This document shows positions 37,042-51,187 of a DNA stretch of 64,000 bases, piece by piece; positions within the stretch are counted from its first letter, which is position 1; each line of letters opens with the position of its first letter. A program made the position numbers and the translations under genes. Source of the DNA: the human T2T-CHM13v2.0 reference genome, Homo sapiens. Under the pieces are notes generated by a model, which saw only the letters and a list, made by a program, of their open reading frames with translations, searched no databases and was not told the origin of the DNA. Location: assembly GCF_009914755.1 (NCBI RefSeq), contig NC_060932.1; one strand, 5' to 3'.

Positions 37042-39521
37042 TTAATTAATTAATTAATTAAAATCAGGCAAGAATAATACCAATGCATATTAAAAGGCAA
37101 CAATAATCATGACAGCTAACATATTAATCTTCATAGCTGACAGTATTCTTTCATGCATTTTATCAATTCAAGTTCATCTCCTTTTTATATTGCTGCTGAC
37201 CTTTAGGAAGTGTTTATCACACCAGTGCTACTCCAAGTGTGGTTTGCTAACTGGGCACGATCTTGGCTCACTGCAGCCTCCGCCTCCCAGGTTCAAGCAA
37301 TTCTCCCACCTCAGCCTCCCAAGTAGCTGGGATTACAGGCACCTGCCAACACACCCGGCTAATTTTTGTATTTTTAGTAGAGACAGGGTTTCGCCATGTT
37401 GGCCAGGCTGGTCTTCAACTCCTGGCCTCAAGTGATCCACCCACCTCACCCTCCAAAAGTTCTGGGATGATAGACGTGAGCCACTGCACCTGGCTTCATT
37501 TGTATTATTGTATTTCATCAAAGTATCAGGCTTCAATGGGTTGAAAGCATACACACACACACACAGGTGGATCTTCCCCGCCAAACCTTTGAGAAGCACT
37601 GGCCCCAAAGCACCAAAACAGACAGAAGGCATGAAAGAGGTAAGTGTGGAGAGCTAGAAGAGAAAAGTGTGGAGAGCTAGAAGAGAAAGCTCACACTTAA
37701 TAGTTCCCACCTGTAATAAGTGCTTTCAGTAAATTTTATTTAATCCTCCCAATAACCCAATGAGATTGGTGTTATTATCTAAATTTTACAAAAGAGGGAC
37801 AGCAAATTCAGAGACGATAAGGAGCTTGCCCAAACATGGCCAAGAATCAAACCAAGGTTTGTCAGAATTCTGTTTTTCTGAAATATTTATGCTGAATTAG
37901 TTGCCATATGAGTGCCCTTTTCTCCTTGATCAATATCTAAAAAATTACAGTTTATCTGGAACCAGTTGCTCCTGGGCTCACAGTCATGGACATGTCCTCA
38001 GGATGTGGCTCACCAATTTTTCCCTAAGTTAGGAAAAAGGATCTGTCTTCTTACCCAGTGGAGCATGGTGTGTGTCATATGTCAAAAGGTTAAAACAATA
38101 ACAGCAAACCAGTTCCCATTTCCTGTTCAAATATACCTACCTATACACACACCGCCCCCTACACACACCTCTTATCAGGCAAGAAAAATAAATCATGCTC
38201 TCTCACTGTCACTGGAACAATAGCATCAGGTATTTTCCTAACTCGAATTTTCTTTTCTTTTCTTTATGTTAAGGTGCTTTTTTATCTTAAAGTTACAAAT
38301 TTGTGTTACTGACATGGATCTTGGAAACTTTACATAATAGAAATTTTAATGTTATTTATTTTTTCTTTTTTTTAAGTGTCAGGGTCTTGCTCTGATACAC
38401 ACACTGGAGTGCGGTGGTGCAATCATAGCTCACTGTAACCTTGAATTCCTGGGCTCAAGTGATCCTTCCACCTCAGCCTCTCAAGTAGCTGAGACTACAG
38501 GTATGCACAACCATACCTGGGTAATTAATTTTGTTTTTTTTTTGTAGAGACAGGGTCTTGCTATGTTGCCCAGGCTGGCATTGAACTCTTGGCCTCAAGC
38601 AGTCCTCCCACCCTAACTTCCCAAAGAACTGGGATTACATTATTTCATTTAAGCCACGCAACATCCCTATGAAGTAGAAATTATTATTCCTGTTTTATCG
38701 ATAGGAAAGGGAGGCCAAGAGAAATAACTAGCATAAGGTTGCAAAATTAGCAAACGACAGAATTGAGATAGAAATTGCATGTTTGACTGAGAAGCCCGTG
38801 CAAACTCTTGATATTCTATTTAGTAGTTATAAGATTAAAACATGAGCAACAGACACCTTTTAATCTCATTAACTCTGGGACTTCTGTTGAATGATTTATG
38901 TATTTTATGCAGAATAAGGCTCTTAGAATCACAGTCACCTAGAACTATGTCTGCCTTGGTCTACATGTCTATTGTGGCCTATTTAAAAAATTAAGAAACT
39001 TAAATAATTTCTTTTGGCAAAAGAGTCACCTAACATCTGTCTCATGCAGATTCAGAGCTGGTCTGCTCCCGGATGTTCAAGGGAGTTGGGCAACTATTCT
39101 CTTTCTGGAGTGGGGCTGAGTATGGCCAGGGTTTAAGGGCTACCTAACTTTCTAGGCAGATTACTTCATCTTTCTATACTTAAGCTTTCTCATTTGTAAG
39201 TTGAAAATAATACCAAACTCCAGGGTTTTGTGAGGATAAAGTGTTTGGCACAATGTAAAGCACAGAATAAATGCTCAACACACATGAATACTGCCATAAA
39301 CATTACTTCGCCTTCCTGCAGACCAACTCCGACTCTGCATGAAACAGAAAATCAGAACATTTATTTGGTACTAATCAAATTTCTTTTCATAATCTTTTAC
39401 GGATAGACAATACCATTGTATCCCCATTTTAAGAGGCAGTCTTTCAGTCTTTTCAAAGCATAACTTTGAAGCCAGAATTGCCTCGGTTAGATTTCTTCTT
39501 ATTATTATTATGATGATTTGA

Positions 39522-39695
<174 letters not shown>

Positions 39696-40563
39696 TAGTA
39701 GAGACGGGGTTTCTTCATGTTGGTCAGGCTGGTCTGGAACTCCTGACCTCAGGTGATCTGCCCGCCTCGGCCTCCCAAAGTGCTGGGATTACAGGCATGA
39801 GCCACGGTGCCCGGCTCTTCTTATACTTATTATTTGCTTGCCTTAGACAAGTAACTTCACCTCTCCAAGCCTGCATTCTAATGCAAAACGAACACCAATA
39901 CCTATTTTATGAATTATTGTAATAATTAAACGAGGTAATACCATACCTGAAGTATCTTTAATGCAGCAGATGTCAAAAGTGGTAGCCGCAATTATTTTTA
40001 TTTTGTAAGGGAGGATTAAACACATTTAAATAGGACATCACAGGAGCGGAGCTGGATCCCAGGTCAGCCTGATTCCTAGGCCGGCGTTCCTTATTGATTA
40101 CAACATAAGGCAAACAAGTCGTCTTTGGAGAGAGAGGTTGGGGAGAGAAGAATGTTTAATTTCTCCATGCCCTTCAATGACATGTATAACCTTCACTGTT
40201 GACCATTTGGCCAGATTGTTGAATTATGTTTTGCTCTCTGGCAACTTGGGGTGTGGAACGTACAATAAAAACGCCTTCACACTAATAACCTCCAGGCCTG
40301 TCCCCAGGATTCTACAGCATGAGCTTTGTGGGTAAAGAGAGCTCACCAAATTCAGCCTCCAGCAGCACACACAGCTCAGTAGCAGCGCCCCGCCCAGATG
40401 TTTATATTTTCCTCCATCGGCCCCGCCCCCCGACCATGAGGGGCTCTAGCCACGCCCCCAAGCTCAAGTTTCTGGGGCCGGACTAGCCCAGCGCGTCTGC
40501 CTACCCATAGGGATTCCCTCTCCAGCCAATCCAGTCAGAGCAGCGGAGCTGCCCCGAACAAAG

Positions 40564-40596
40564 ATGGCGCGGGAAGCGTCTGTGAGGGCAGACTGA
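40564..40596 (+). other. Candidate upstream ORF (MAREASVRAD*) in the DEPTOR 5' leader
   Basis: aagATGG strong Kozak context. TGA at 40594-40596 is 61 nt before the main ATG. Requires a TSS upstream of 40564. Confidence 0.55.
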
Positions 40597-40657
40597 TCCG
40601 AGCACCCAAACCCTCGGCGGACAGCGGAGCCAGTGGTAGCCGCACGGCCCTAAAACC

Positions 40658-40779
40658 ATGGAGGAGGGCGGCAGCACTGGCAGTGCTGGCAGTGACAGCA
40701 GCACCAGCGGGAGTGGCGGGGCGCAGCAAAGGGAGCTGGAGCGCATGGCTGAGGTCTTGGTCACCGGGGAACAGCTACG
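40658..40779 (+). CDS. DEPTOR: DEPTOR (DEP domain-containing mTOR-interacting protein) coding exon 1
   Basis: accATGG Kozak, MEEGGSTGSAGSDSSTSGSGGAQQRELERMAEVLVTGEQL(R), donor CG|GTAAG, 122 nt. Matches the recalled DEPTOR N-terminus. Confidence 0.95.
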
Positions 40780-41991
40780 GTAAGGCAAGAGACACAGCGG
40801 GTGAGCTCACGATGGCACTGCCAACGCGTGCCCGCTGCAGTCCTGCGCGCACGCGCTCCCTGGCTCGTGGCTTGCGACTCGCGTGGGGCGCCGGAACGGC
40901 TGCGGGCGCGTGGATGGTCCTCGGTGCGCCCGCGCTTAGCTGCTGCAGCCTCGGTCCCTGAGGACTCGCTCGCCAAGCGGGGCTGCCTGGCAGAAGCCGA
41001 CGAGCGGGTGGTGCGCGCTGCGCCCTAGCCTGGCTGCTGCAGTCCTGTGCCGGGCAAAGTCCCTGCCACCCACCGCGCTGTCCGTCTTCCCGTGTACCTG
41101 GACGCCGCCAGGCCTCCCGGCTGACAGCCTGCGCCTCATCCGCGAAGAGAGCAAGAGGGGTCGCTGTGGGGTCCCGAGGCGACCCCAGCCCCTCTACTCC
41201 TTGATAAAAGGAGCAAGACCAACGATAGTCTTCACTAGGTTTTCCTTTTTGCTGACAAGTCTTCCTTCACTCCCCTGAGCCTCGGTGTTTTACATCTGTA
41301 AAACAGGGCTGATTCAAGGGCTTTTTGTGAGGTTAAACTGAGAGAGCATTTCTGAAACCCTGCACCTATCAGTTAATTGGCACATCGTCCTCAATCATTT
41401 GGGTCCGCAAGGGGGCGTGGAGGCACCTTGTCGGGCTGCCTTGAGGCTGTGCCAACTCCCCGGGCTCGCACGTTTTGGGCAGCAGGATCCATGGGGACCC
41501 TGGCTCCTGCAAGAATTAAGACTTGCGGCGTCTCACGGAACTTGGGAACAAGGACGACCCCCAGAATCCCCCTTGCCATTCCCATCCCTGTATGGTCCTT
41601 CCTCTAGGGCTGTTTGGGAATAGTACTTATGGTCTAACTGGTTCTGCAGCTGCCCTTCGTGTGGTTATAAATCAGTTTGCCAGGAAAAAGAAAACCCAGC
41701 TCTGCAGCGTTTGAGCCACAACTTGTACGCGGGCCCCTGTTACTTCTAGTTCTTAGCCTGAATTCCCCAGCTTGTTTTGGTTTCTAAATGTCTGTGTTTC
41801 AGGACCTGAAAGAGTGTCTTGCAAAGGTCTCTGAAGGAGACCAATATTGGAAGTCAGAATTAACTGATTTTTAATGTTACAAAAGGCAAATTGCACCTAT
41901 CGATTCTTTGTTGATTTTTAAAAATACGTGGTCAGAATTAAAGGGAATAAAAACTTTTTTTCCTTCATCAAAAGTACTTTCTAATGAAACC

Positions 41992-42145
41992 TGTCACGCG
42001 GTGCCCGTGTGAAGAGACCACCGAACAAGTTTTGTGTGAGCAATAAAGCTTTTTAATCACCTGGGTGCAGGTGGACTGAGTCTAAAAACGGAGTCAGCAA
42101 AGGGAGATGGGGAAGGGGTTGTTTTATAGGAGTTGGGTAGATGAT
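41992..42145 (-). mobile_element. HERV-H LTR (LTR7 family), 3' part: TATA, R, U5
   Basis: Minus strand reads CCTATAAAAC...CCCTTTGCTGACTCC...GCACCCAGGTGATTAAAAAGCTTTATTGCTCACACAAAAC...GGTGGTCTCTTCACACGG...TGACA (terminal CA at 41992). Confidence 0.88.
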
Positions 42146-42792
42146 GGATAGTGGTGTAAGTTTGTGAGGTGCAGTCCAAGAAGGCGGGGGTGACTTCATA
42201 AAGCCCTGTTGTAAAGAGTAGAGTAAGGAAGAAGAGACCTGATATCCCTTGGAGAATAAATGTTGAAGGAGCAGGAGGGTGTCTTGCTGAGAAGATTCAA
42301 AGGAGAGGCTACAAAGTAGAAGGTCATCAATATATTGAATAAGGTGAGAAGCAGAGGGGTAGAAAGAAAGTAAATCATGAGAAAGGGCTTGGCTGAAGTA
42401 ATGAGGGCTGTTCCTGAAGACTTGCGGCAGTACAGCCCAGGTAAGCTGCTGGGACTGATGGGTGTCAGGGTCAGTCCAGGTAAAAGCAAAGAGAGGCTGG
42501 GACGAGGGGTGCAGGGGAATAGTGAAAAAGGCATCTTTAAGATCAAGAATGGAATAGTGAGTTGTGGAGGAAGGTATTGAGGACAAAAGAGTGTACAGGT
42601 TTGGCACCACAGGGTGGATAGGCAAAACAATTTGGTTGATAAGGTGCAGAACCTGAACTAACCTGTAAGACTTGTCCAGTTTTGGGACAGGTAAAATGGG
42701 GGAATTGTAAGGAGAGTTTGTAGGCTTTAGAAGCCCAAGCTGTAGCAGGCGAGTGATAACAGGCTTCAGTCCCTTTAAAGCCTACTGTGGGA
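42146..42792 (-). mobile_element. HERV-H internal relic: pol RT fragment fused to a short env-region piece
   Basis: Frame reads ALKGLKPVITRLL..SPYNSPILPV..LDLKDAFF..LPQVF..YIDDLLL..FSKGYQVS. It then switches at ~42240 to sequence resembling the HERV-H env-start region. Confidence 0.88.
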
Positions 42793-43153
42793 AAGAAAGT
42801 TTAATTTCTCTGCTCTTCATTACTGGGCCATCTTTTTAAAAGTCTTCTGTTGGATAGGGTTACTTATTTTTCATTTATTTTACAAATATTAAATTGCATG
42901 ATGGCTCTTTTTGTCCAGCAAGTACTTTTTCCTTCAAGATGCAGTTTAAATGCCTCTTCCTTGCAGTCCCCAGAGCACTTGTTATTCCCCACTTTTCTAG
43001 CGCCTCTCTGCACTGCAGCAGTTTTGAGAGCCATCCTTGTCATGCAGGAATTAGACCTGGGTTTGAATGACTGCTCCACCATTATGTAGGCAAGTGTCAG
43101 CATTAAGTTGTTTCAAGGAAGACTTTAAGCTAGACTGAATCTTGGCTTTGCTA

Positions 43154-43489
<336 letters not shown>

Positions 43490-44761
43490 TTACCTCATAG
43501 TGTTACTATGAGGATTAGATGAGTTGCGCTTAGGGTAGTTTCTGATAGATATGTAGTAAGCACCAGGTCAACATTAGCTAAGGTAGAGTTCTGTGACCTT
43601 GGACAAGTAAATTCACTTCTCTGAGTCTCTGTTTCCACATTTGAAAAAGACAATGAAGATGAATGTATTTCATGGAGTTGCGAGAATTTGCCCCTGGGCT
43701 TCATGTATTAATGAGCATTCAACAAATAGTTCCTGGAATTAATTAGTATTATTGGTCTCTCTGCATCACTGCATGTGACTTCCAGCCAAGCAAGATTGGG
43801 CAGGAAGGATTGGGTGGTGGTGAAGAGCGCAGGATATAGAACTAGGCTGCCTGGGTTCTTATTCTGCCTCCACCATTTATTCTGTAACTTTAGGACAATA
43901 TGTTTAGCCTCTCTGTGTCTCAGTTTCCTCTTCTACGAAATGTTATTCTGATGACACTTCTTCAGGAGCTCTGTGAGGATTAAATGAGATGCTACATGTA
44001 AAAGGCTTAGGAAATGTTAGCCACTTAATTCTACTTTGGAAAATTTTAATCATTGCTGTTTTTTATCTCAACTGTTTTGGCACTGTAACTAGCACATAGT
44101 AACTACTCAGTAAGTAGTTAAATGAATATCGTAAGTATTCAATATACTTCTGTTAGTACAGAGCAGTATAATAGTCAGAATTTAGGAATTAAAGCGGTCG
44201 TATGCCTGGTTTCCTAGTTATTGGAGGGTTGGAAGTTCAGTCATTCTTGTCACTTTCACAAAGAGTTCTTCTGTCTGTAGCTCCCCTCTCACTGCAGGAT
44301 TGTAAGTGCTTTGCAATGTCCAGGCCTCCTGCCTCTAAGTGCTTCACACACTCTCAGTTCCCCTCTGCTTTCTCTCACTTTGCATTACTTTCTGGGTCAT
44401 CAGAGATGAGGTAGAGGTGATAAGAGGAAACCAAGGACTGGGATTTGAAATAAAAAATTTAGCCTCTAGGCCCAGTTCTATCAATTTCTTTTTCTTTCTT
44501 TAATTGTAGCTATGCCCTCTTGAGCAAGTCACTTAACCTCTCTAGTCCTAAGCATCCTTCCCTACAGAATGGGAATAATATCTTCCCACATAAGATTTGT
44601 GGTAGTGGATCAAATAGGGTACAGCATGGGAAGAAACTTTGTAAAATAAATCGATAAAGCAAGAAGAGTGTTGTTATGACTATTGTAACCTCCAGATGTG
44701 AAATTGGGGGCTGGCTCCACAATCCTGACGCTTCTTTTTTTGTTTGTGTTTTGTTTTTTGA

Positions 44762-44869
<108 letters not shown>

Positions 44870-45095
44870 TAGCTGGGATTACAGGCACGCCCTATTTTCT
44901 ATTTTTTAAATTTATTTTTCTTGAAGCACAAGAATCACTTCAACCCAGGAGGCGGAGATTGTGGCTAATTTTGTATTTTATTTATTCATTTAGTTATTTA
45001 TTTTTAGAAGAGACGAGGTTTCTCCATGTTGGTCAGGCTGGTCTCCAACTCCCGACCTCAGGTGATCCGCTCACCTCAGCCTCCCAAAGTGCTGA

Positions 45096-45374
<279 letters not shown>

Positions 45375-45760
45375 TGATCCGCCCGCCTCGGCCTCCCAAA
45401 GTGCTGTGATTATAGGCGTGAGCCACCATGCCCGGCCAATCCTCACACTTTTTAAAGGGCGGTTGGTTGTATAAGGACAAGAAATTAACTAACAGACCTA
45501 AAAATATCTCTTGCTTCCTTTTTCAGCTTAACTGCAGGACCCTTTGTTTAATTTTCTTCATGTTTTTCCCTTGTCATAAAAGATTTTACTTCCTTCTCCC
45601 AATGTATTTCAATTTTTGCATCTTAAAGATGCATTTGGGGCCAGGCGCGGTGGCTTAACACCTGTAATCCCAGCACTTTGGGAGGCTGAGGCGGGCGGAT
45701 CACCTGAGATCGGGAGTTCAAGACCAGCCTTACCAACATGGAGAAACCCCATCTCTACTA

Positions 45761-45919
<159 letters not shown>

Positions 45920-46751
45920 TCAAAAAAAAAAATGCATTTGGATACTACTTCACAGCCTCCAGGATGGGTATAACAAAAAAGACAGTCACAAGTGTTTGTG
46001 AGGATGTGGAGAAATTGTGGAGAAATTAGAACCCCTACACACTACTTGGTGGGAATGTAAAATGGTACAGCCCCTTTGGAAAAATATTTGGCAGCTCCTC
46101 AAATATTAAACATAGAGTTATCATATGACCTAGAAATTCTGCTTTTAGGTATATACCCAGGAGAAATGAGAAAACATGTCTACATAAAAACTTGTACACA
46201 GATGTTCATAGCAGTACTATTCATAATAATCAAAAACAGGGCTGAGTGCAGTGGCTCACGCCTATTAATCCCAGCACTTTGGGAGGCTAAGGTGGGTGGA
46301 TCACCTGAGATCAGGAGTTCCAGACCAGCCTGTACAACATGGAGAAACCCTGTCTCTAATAAAAATACAAAAATTATCTGTGCGTGGTGGTACATGCCTA
46401 TAGTCCCATCTACTCAGGAGGCGAGGCACAAGAATAGCTTGAACCCAGGAGGCAGAGGTTGCAGTGAGCTGAGATTGCACCATGACACTCCAGCCTGGGT
46501 GACAGAGCAAGATTCTGTCTTAAATAAATAAATAATCAAGGGCCGGGCACGGGGACTCATGCCTGTAACCAGCACTTTGGGAGGCCGAGGTGGGTGGATC
46601 ACCTGAGGTTGGGAGTTCAAGACCAGCCTGACCAACATGGAGAAACCCTGTCTCTACTAAAAATACAAAATTAGCCGGGCATGGTGGCTCATGCCTGTAA
46701 TCCCAGGACTTTGGTAGGCTGAGGCGAGTGGATCACGAGGTCAGGCATTCA

Positions 46752-47132
<381 letters not shown>

Positions 47133-48177
47133 TTATAGCAACTCTATGTAGCAGATACCTTTATTACTTTTATTTTGTAGATTAAAAAATTGAGGAAAAG
47201 ATCATTTAAACCAACAGGCCATAGATTATTCAGCCAGAAAGTTACGGTAGAGTTGAGTGTTTCTGCTCTTAAGCACTATGATAAGCTACAATACTGTTCC
47301 CAACTAGTGACTTAGAGGGTTAAAAAAAATGAAACACTAAAACAACTTTAAAACAGAATCATGTATATGAGAATATCACATTGCAGTGTGACAACTTTGG
47401 TAAATAAAAAAGTAGACAAGTAGCTTTTCCATTCTGTTGGGGAAAATCTGATTTATTCCTGTGAGTATTTATATTTTGACAAGGTAGGATTGTCACTTTC
47501 TCTACTAAATATTAAACTCAATCTTTCTGACATGTGGTTTTAAAAAGTGAATTTGGACTCCACTGATTCAGAATTTGTAACCATTTTAATGGGAAGATAA
47601 ATTGCAGTTCTATTTTGCCATCTGTGAGAATGGGAGTAGGGTAAGGAAGAGAATTCAGAATGTATAATAAAGGGAATGCTTAAATAGAGAGAAAATGCAT
47701 CAATCATTAATTTCACTTTAATTCATTTAATTTCATTAATTCATAATTAATTTCACTTTTGCTCCTCTACCAAGATGAAGTGTGCTGATTACAACAATCT
47801 TATCCAATCACTAAGGCTGACTTCCCAAAAGCAACTTACTAGGCTATGAATTTAGTTAGCTAAGTTGGAGGAAATGCAGTTCTTTCAAATTGTTTGTCAC
47901 CTTTGCCTTTTTTCTATAACAGGCTGCCTTTCAGGCTCTTACAGGCTTACTATTGTCTTTTTAATAAAAACGTCTTTAATAAATATTGAATTGCTTTCCT
48001 AAATTTGCTTTGCAAATGTTAATGCAGTTTTCAGAAAAAAGGTAAAAACAGGCCAGGTGTGGTGGGTCAGGCCTGTAATCCTGGCACTCTGGGAGGCCGA
48101 GGTGGGCAGATCACTTGAGGTCAGAAGTTCCAGACCAGCCTGGCCAACATAGTGAAATCCCGTCTCTGCTAAAATTA

Positions 48178-48384
<207 letters not shown>

Positions 48385-50179
48385 TCAAGCTCTAATAAAT
48401 CGAATATGAGATAAGGAATTTAGAGCATACACAACAGGACAAGGAGAAATAATTCATTTTATTCAAGTAGGCACCTAAGGAACTTTACGGTTGGTATAAG
48501 AATATCTTAGGGGGTGTCCCTTAGAAGCTAGGATTGAAATTTTCTTCTCCTAAACAGCAGAGAGATATCCTGGAGTCAGTAAATTACTGCCTATACAGAT
48601 TTTTGAAAAAGAAGGGCTTTAGGAAATGAAGAGTCCCTGTATTTGGAGTCAATGGTCAAGAGCCTAATTCATGTAGAATGTTTATTCTATTTTTATTTAT
48701 TTATTTATTTATTTATTTTTGAGATAGGGTCTCACTCTGTCACCCAGGTGGTGTGCAGTGGTGCAATCGCGGCTCACTGCAACCTCTGCCTCCCAGGTTC
48801 GAGTGATTGTCCCGCCTCAGCGTCCTGAGTAGCTGGGATTACAGGCAAGCGCCACCACGCCCGGCTAATTTTTTAATTTTTAGTAGAGATGAGGTTTCTC
48901 CACGTTGGCCAGGCTTGTCTCGAACTCCTGACCTCAGGTTTTCTACCCGCCTTGGCCTCCCAAAATGCTGGGATTACAGGGATGAGCCACTGCGCTCGGC
49001 CTTGTAATTACTTTTCTAAAAGGCCATTGCTGATATAAGTTATGGCTTCCATCAGCTTTGGAATCAATAAAACTGAAAATAAGTTAAACCTCAAGAGAAG
49101 AGAATGCAAGGTGAAGGAAGGTCATTCTTCTGTCCTGTTGTGTTATTTCTTTTTTAATTTTTTAAATTTTAGAAAAAAATACATTGTTTTATATCTTTTT
49201 TTATTATTTATTTTTATTTTTATTTTTTTAGACAGTGTCTCACTCTTGTTGCCCAGGTGCAGTGGCATGATCCTGGCTCACTTCAACCTCTGGGTCCTGG
49301 GCTCTTGTGATCCTTCCACCTCAACCTCCCAAGTATCTGAGACTCAAGTATCTGAGACTCAGGCATGTACCACCACACCTGGCTAATTTTTGTATTTTTT
49401 GTAGAGATGGGGTCTTGCCATGTTGCGCAGGCTGATCTCAAACTCCTGGACTCCAGCAATCCTCCCACCTCAGCCTCCCAAAGTGCTGATATTAGAGGCC
49501 ATCAGCACCAGCTTCTTGTCCTGTTCTTTCTAGCTTTCATTTGAGTCAGGAGTTCATTTCCCCTTCATTGGTGGCTCTTAAATGGTTGGTTTCCATGAGT
49601 TTAGTGATTAGGAAATGACAAAGGAAAGAACAATCGGTCCTACTTTCTACACGGTAATTATACTTTTCCGTGTTCCATTATCTACCAAGGAGAGGTGGGT
49701 ACCAAATCTGAGATCCTTGTTCTAGTATTATCAGCCTTAACTAAACTTAGAAGTTTATGGCAGTGATTGTTTCTATGTATCATTAGATACACGGGGGACA
49801 TCGTGAAGATGGAGTTGGGGAGAGGATTTAGTGGGACAGATAGGATGCTTGCAAGGTGGTACCTTCAGGATCAACTTGAGCTATTTTCATCAGGGCTGGC
49901 TGCAGAGAATCACTTTTTGGTAGCTTTACAAATATTTGTGAGGTTGGGTGGGGAGATGAGGAGAGAAAACACACCCTGCAGTGTGAGACAAGATATGCTT
50001 TAGGGCCGGGCGCGGTGGCTCACCCCTGTAATCCCAGCACTTTGGGAGGCCGAGGCGGGCGGATCACGAGGTCAGGAGATCAAGACCATCCTGGCTAACA
50101 CGGTGAAACCCCGTCTCTACTAAAAATACAAAAAAATTAGCCGGGTGTGGTGGCAGACGCCTGTAGTCCCAGCTACTCA

Positions 50180-50335
<156 letters not shown>

Positions 50336-50890
50336 TCAGATAACAGCTGTTGCTAGGGTGTAGCAAAAGGGAACAAATGTCATGGCCTCTAGCTTGGGGA
50401 AGCCCGTGGCAGCTGCAGAGGAGGAGGTAGGTAGCAGCTGAGGGAGGCTCAAGGCTCAAGTCTTTCCACCTATAACTCTCAGGCTGCTACTTATAGATCT
50501 GTTTGACTGTGTTTGTTTGCTTTGATCCTTGTGTCCTCCTATCTCCCTGCAATACTTTTACCTACAGATTTTGGGTTCTGATATTTACCCGGAAGCTCTC
50601 TTCATTGAGTAAGCCTTGGGCCAGTAGGTATCTATGTCTTGGCCTTGTTTAGAGCATCCAGCTCCATGAGGCACTCCTTTGAGTGATGAAACTATTACAG
50701 CTATAGAGAACAGAACCTTGTCCTTTGTGTGCAGAGCAGGCAGGATTCAGAAGGACTAGTCCTAGCACAGTACGCTCAGTAGCTACTCTGACCTTGACTT
50801 AAGGTATAAGAAACAAATGAACATTCTCATAGCCATTCTCTCATTGCATGCCACCCTCGTTTCATTAGAGTTAGGTTAGAGTTAGAGTGA

Positions 50891-51187
<297 letters not shown>

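Larger units (their letters stand above)
40380..41200 (+). promoter_or_regulatory. DEPTOR CpG-island promoter / exon 1 region
   Basis: CpG-dense. GC/KLF boxes at ~40387, ~40420 and ~40450, GGGATTCCC at ~40510, CCAAT at 40526-40530, and YY1-like AAGATGGCG at 40561-40569. Confidence 0.85.

Noticed and set aside
40501-41714. Several ORFs around DEPTOR exon 1
   Set aside because: CpG-island artefacts. The true exon is in a frame not listed in the track.
42053-42625. Active reverse transcriptase or a novel RT-based system
   Set aside because: It is a HERV-H pol fragment with no ATG in the RT part, no thumb, RNase H or integrase, and a mutated DLR motif.
49330-49359. 15-bp duplication CAAGTATCTGAGACT x2 (and an 11-bp duplication near 46004)
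   Set aside because: Ordinary slippage duplications inside old repeats.
50865-50890. TTAGAG/TTAGG repeats as an interstitial telomere
   Set aside because: Only about 4 degenerate units with no TTAGGG, and they sit at the tail position of a minus-strand Alu.
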